A DNA stretch of 64,000 nucleotides from the human T2T-CHM13v2.0 reference genome, Homo sapiens, in the NCBI RefSeq assembly GCF_009914755.1, contig NC_060931.1; one strand, written 5' to 3'. The position numbers and the translations under genes were made by a program. Below the pieces are notes generated by a model. It was not told the origin of the DNA, ran no database searches, and saw only the letters and a list, made by a program, of their open reading frames with translations. Shown here in pieces: positions 56,418 to 64,000 of the stretch. How positions within the stretch are numbered: position 1 is the first letter of the stretch; each line of letters opens with the position of its first letter.

Positions 56418-57219
56418 CATGAAATCTGTTAAATCTCCTCTCACCTGTCCTTGTTTCCATGGCTGTCCTTATTCCAGAATACTTGAAATCCATCCCCACA
56501 AGCCATACCTACAGATCTTTACCCATGCAATTCCCTCTGCCTGGAGTGTACCTGTGCCCCCTCGATGACTCCTACACATCCTTCCAAGCCCAGACAGACA
56601 GACCCCTTCTGTTAAAGTCTTACCTTACCAACCTCCTCACACAGATGTAACCATTGCTTCCTCTGGGTGCCTCCTATCCCCTCACAAAGTCCTATTGTCC
56701 TCTTTCCTCTCTAGCACCATTGTGGGTTTCTGTGCCCGTTTCCCTTAGCAGAGGTGAGCTCCTCAAGGGCACAGTCTGGTATTACTTACTTTCATGACCC
56801 TGGACCCTAGCAAGGTACTGTACACATGGTGGGTGACCAGAAAGGTTGGCAGAGTTGACTTGGGTGAGATTGCTGGGCCCCTGTGTGTCATCCCCTCTAA
56901 GTCTGTAGAAATAGACTAATTACTCTCAGCAATAGACTAATCGTTGCTTGGGACTCAAATGTAGCCAGCACTGTGTCCCAACTAATGCAACTGGTCTTGT
57001 TCTGCAAAGGAAAATAGTAGAAGGCATGTTCTGCCACCTAATTCCTCAGAAGGTAACATAACATGAAGAGACTTACCTGCTGAGAGTTGTACTGAATGTG
57101 TCAAGGAAGATACTATGTATCAGAAGAACACCCAGAGGCACCCTGTGCCTCTTATCTATTCATTCCTGTATTAAAGCATTCATCATGTATTTTAAAAGCT
57201 GTGCTCACAGTACTTAGGG

Positions 57220-59570
<2,351 letters not shown>

Positions 59571-60511
59571 ATCATTTGGAAATCGTTTGCAAGTCATTTG
59601 GAAATGTCATTTGGAAGTCATTTTCAAGTATCATTTCCAAAGATTACTTGGAAATTATTTGAAAATTTTCTTGCTTCCTGGCACAAAATGTGTCCTAAAC
59701 TTATCTTGAACATTCTTAATTCTTGCCCTGGCATCAGCCATTTCTCTAAAGAGCTCTGGTTCCCTTCAGTGGAAAATGGTATTCATAAGCCAAGATCGGG
59801 GCACTAAGTGTGTTCATTGCTATTGAAATGTCATTGTTACCTAGCCCTATCAGTGGAGAGAAGTAGGGAATATATGTTTTTTGTACACACACACAAATAC
59901 AGACATACATTTACATCTATCTATCTCATTATCTGTCATCTATCTGTTACCTATCTATCATCTATCTACCCATCTATCTATCTACAAGGGTATGAATATA
60001 CACGGATACATCCATTCCAATCTAATTTCATAGGATTCATGCTAGTTTTCTCCCTTTCTGAATCCATGACTCCCTTCTGCAAAGGTGAGAAGCCTGGCTT
60101 CTATCATCCTTAATACATTTACTTATTTGATCAATCCCCTTTATGTAGCCAAACCTCACCCAACCCCTCCCACTCATGGATGCCCTCCTCGCCTCATGTG
60201 GGTTCTCCATACCCTATTTAGGCTCTGGCTGCTCTTGCAAGCCACCCCTCTGCGTCGACCCCTTCTCTGCTTGCTTGGACTCCCACACCCAGGCCAGGAT
60301 GTCTCTCCACATGAACCTCCTTGGTCTCTGACTTGGAGCCACCATGACTCTCTCTTCTCTACCTTAATGTGTGGCCACCATCTGGCTGCCACCCACCTAA
60401 TGGCTTTAGGACTAAATTATTCAGGAAGGGAAAATAAAGGAAGAATTTGGAAAAGAAAAGGAATGAGTGCTTTTAGGCTTATTGCTCAATCAATTGACCA
60501 ATCGACTGTTT

Positions 60512-60517
60512 TTTATT
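60512..60517 (-). terminator. CYP3A4: CYP3A4 distal poly(A) signal AATAAA
   Basis: Gives a 3'UTR of about 1.15 kb; CYP3A4 is known to use two poly(A) sites. Confidence 0.75.
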
Positions 60518-60697
60518 AAGTGTTCATTGCATCGAGACAGTTGGGTGTTGAGGATGGAATGCAAGAGGTGTAGGGAAACATGTTTTCTGTCTCCCAGAAA
60601 TATGAAAGGAGATGGGCTGAAAACATTAAATCAAAACTAATAATATAATAAGAGCTTCAGTTCTTTGTTACAAAATGTACGTGCTTCAAAAAGGCAT

Positions 60698-60981
60698 ATT
60701 TTTTTAAGACTGAGTCTCACTCTCACCCAGACTGGAGTGCAGTGGTGCAATCTCAGCTCACTTCAACATCCGCCTCCCAGGTTCAAGTGATTCTCCTGCC
60801 TCAGCCTCCTGTGTAGTGAGATTACAGGCGAGTCCACCATGCCTAGCTAATTTGTGTATTTTTAGTAGAGATGGGGTTTCACCATGTAGGCCAGGCTTGT
60901 CTTGAACTCCTGACCTCAGGCGATCCACCCGGCTCAGCCTCCCAAACTGCTAGGATTACAGGCGTGAGCCACTGTGCCTGA
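60698..60981 (-). mobile_element. AluS within the long CYP3A4 3'UTR
   Basis: Alu consensus; AAAAAGGCATA on both flanks. Confidence 0.93.
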
Positions 60982-61207
60982 TCAAAAAAGGCATAATTAA
61001 ACTATGAATATTCTTTCTAAACAATGGGCAAAGTCACAGTGGATTAACTTTCACCTATGTTAATAATCAAATTCTAGTTCTGACAAAGGCCCCACGCCAA
61101 CAGTGATTACAATGACCAAAAATATTTACTTGTTGGTTCTCATTCAGTTCTATAGATTTCTCCTTAATGTGCAGGAAAGCATCTGATAATACTTTTGTAA
61201 AGTGGTC

Positions 61208-61213
61208 TTTATT
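61208..61213 (-). terminator. CYP3A4: CYP3A4 proximal poly(A) signal AATAAA
   Basis: About 0.43 kb after the stop codon. Confidence 0.75.
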
Positions 61214-61646
61214 GATTTAACATAAAACTTATAGAATACTCCAGAGAAAACATGTGATATAAATGTCATTGTTAGAGCCATCAAAATAATTCTTATTTTC
61301 ATTAATAATTTGTGGAGGAAATTATTGAGAAATGTTGATTCTCTTATCAGAGCTCAGGAGGAGTTAATGGTGCTAACTGGGGGTGGTGGAAATAGTCCCG
61401 TGAGAAGCAGAGGAGCCAAATCTACCTCCTCACACTGATTTGGTCACCTCCTTTATATTCCCAAGTATAACACTCTACACAGACAATGAGAGAGCTCAAT
61501 GCATGTACAGAATCCCCGGTTATTTATGCAGTCCATTGGATGAAGCCCATCTTCATTTCAGAGTTCTATTCACAAAGTAATTTGAGGTCTCTGGTGTTCT
61601 CAGGCACAGATTTCTTGAAGAGCAAAGCAGAAGTCCTTAGGAAAAT

Positions 61647-61751
<105 letters not shown>

Positions 61752-63355
61752 TTAAACAAGCATATTGAGAAGCATTAAATAAACAAAAGTAGAAAGTATA
61801 GCATCAAAGTGAGTGAGACACTCCTTCAGTGTTGAGGGGACACAACAGAGTGATATTCTGATCTCCATGGAGTAATGGGCAAAAAAAATGCAGTAATGAC
61901 AATAATGCTTTGTAAACATATAAAAACTACTTTCAGCACTATAAATCTTGGATTCTTTATACTTAGTCTATAAGATGTGTGAAGATTGGACAGTGAGAGC
62001 ATTCATCATCTATCATTTAACAAAATATTTATGGAGTACTATTCTGTGCCAGGCCTGAGACAAATTCATGGAAACCTGTGTTCTTTTTTGATTTAAATTT
62101 TAAGTAAAATGGATGAGTTTTTAAAATTTAAACCAGATTATTAGGTATGATGGCAAACTGTTTTTGAAGAGTCATATAAAGTTAATTTTGTGTATGTTGA
62201 AACTTGCAAGGTAAACCTGGGTAGTTATTGTACATTTTAATTATATGGACAGTCTTCAACTTCCAGAGTCCAGTAATTCCTCCCAATTGAACCCATCCAG
62301 TGTAAAGATGGGAAGACACCTTCAGGAAGCATTACCATTTTATTTTTTAACATCTTCTCTTGGCTTCCAAGGGTAGTGCAAGTGGGGAACCTCTCAATTC
62401 CTACAGTGTTTGGACTCAACTTTTAGCCCCATTCTTATTGAGACACTCCTTCCGTGTTGAGGGGACACAACAGAGTGATATTCTGATCTCCATGGAGTAA
62501 TGGGCAAGAAAATTGCCAGGGAGATCAAGAAGTGCCAGGTTGGGAGCTTACCAAGGAGTACCTTCCCCATCCCAGGTGTGCCAGAGGACCACTTTTATTC
62601 AGGGCTGAGTCCCCTGTCTGGGCACATATAATACAGCTACACTGCTGGCCTAAAGCCACAAATAATATGGAATATGGAAATAATATGGAAACTATTTCTG
62701 TCTTCTTCCTCTCCTATATAGAAAGCCTACTTAAGGGGTGGAATTGAATAATAAATACATGAGACCTAGAAATAAGATTTATAGGGTATTGTTTAATATG
62801 AATCAATGACGTCTGTTCTTTAACTTCTTCAGAGAAAATATTTCAAATCTTTCTATAAATATAATACCTTATTATTTAAAAATTTTCAAAAACCCTGAAT
62901 ATATTTTCACTGCAGACAGACATGCATGCCCACATGTGCACACACACACACACATGCATATGCACGAATGGCATTTGTTTAAAGGTTCACATTAAATAGC
63001 TTAATATATGTATGCAAGCCATCAACTGCACATCACTCCTTAAACATTTACCAAATGCTTGCATTAGATACAGTCCCTTGCAAGGCACCACTGGGATATT
63101 TTAAAAAGGAATAAAATGAGAGGATATTGTTAATGGAGGGGGGAAGACATTTTAGATACAAAGAAAATATAGAGAATAAAACTCAATGATTTAATGGCAA
63201 ATTGTCAAATTTATGATAATAGCCTCCAGTATCCAATAACAGAGCAGAGAAGTAAATGGGCCCTGGACTAGGAGGAGAAGACACTTTGGAGGGGCTTGGG
63301 GATTGAACTAGGACTTGAAAGATAAGAACAAAATGAGGAGAAAGGGAACAACATT

Positions 63356-63646
63356 TTTTTTTTTTTGAGACAGAGTCTCGCTGTCACCCAGGCTGGAGTG
63401 CAGTGGCCCAATCTCGGCTCACTGCAGGCTCCGCTCCCTGGGGTTCATGCCATTCTCCTGCCTCAGCCTCCAGAGTAGCTGGGACTACAGGTGCCTGCCA
63501 CCTCTCCAGGGTAATTTTTTGTATTTTTAGTAGAGACGGGGTTTCACCGTGTTAGCCAGGATGGTCTCGATCTCCTGACCTCATGATCCGCCTGCTTCGG
63601 CCTCCCAAAGTGCTGGGATTACAGGCATGAGCCACCATGCCTGGCT
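63356..63646 (-). mobile_element. AluY-like element in CYP3A4 intron 12, absent from CYP3A7
   Basis: TSD GGGAACAACATT at 63344 and 63647. Confidence 0.93.
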
Positions 63647-64000
63647 GGGAACAACATTAATAGAGTTATAATTGGGTTGAAAAGGAGCCCAGCTGGATGG
63701 AGCTAGGCACCTGGAAGGTGAGGTCAGTCAGGATGGCCTTGGACTGTGGTAGTCCTTTATATCCACCAGAAATGCCTTAAATTAGTCATTCTCAACCTTG
63801 GCTTCACATGAGAAGCAATGGGGAAGCTTTTAAAGCCACACTCTGGGCAAATTAGTTTAGAATTTCTGTGATATCCCAGACATCATGAATTTTTAAAGCT
63901 CCCTGGTGATTCCAATGTACAGCTAGTGGTTGGGAGCCACTCTCATGAGAAAGCTTCTCCAAGTTCTGGTTGGGAAGAGCAGCATTCAAAAGTCACAACA

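Overview
Human (or very close great-ape) genomic DNA from the CYP3A cluster at 7q22.1, with all genes on the minus strand. From memory this is roughly chr7:99.70-99.76 Mb in GRCh38; I did not verify the coordinates. Left to right it holds: intron 1, exon 1 and the promoter of pseudogene CYP3A51P (CYP3AP1); the complete 13-exon CYP3A7 gene (all GT-AG junctions, 1512-nt CDS, 503 aa, Arg409 = *2 allele, *1A-type proximal ER6), with a 6.8-kb antisense HERV-H provirus in intron 2; the CYP3A7 upstream region including the XREM enhancer; a 5'-truncated L1PA; pseudogene CYP3A52P (CYP3AP2; promoter plus exons 1-2 only); and the 3' UTR, exon 13 and part of intron 12 of CYP3A4. Positions 1-11 kb and 52.5-64 kb are paralogous copies of a ~53-kb tandem duplication unit. 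This is a well-studied locus, and nearly all ORFs in the track are repeat-derived or spurious. The best candidates for undescribed biology are inferences. (1) CYP3A52P is an intact-looking cassette between CYP3A4 and CYP3A7, with a perfect CYP3A4-type ER6, open phase-compatible exons and an ACG start. (2) An L1 without target-site duplication joins pseudogene intron 2 to the -8.8 kb point of CYP3A7, which fits an L1-mediated deletion. (3) The two pseudogenes share a 410-bp near-identical, TF-motif-rich tract. (4) CYP3A7 has a latent in-frame cryptic exon at its paralog of the CYP3A5*3 site.
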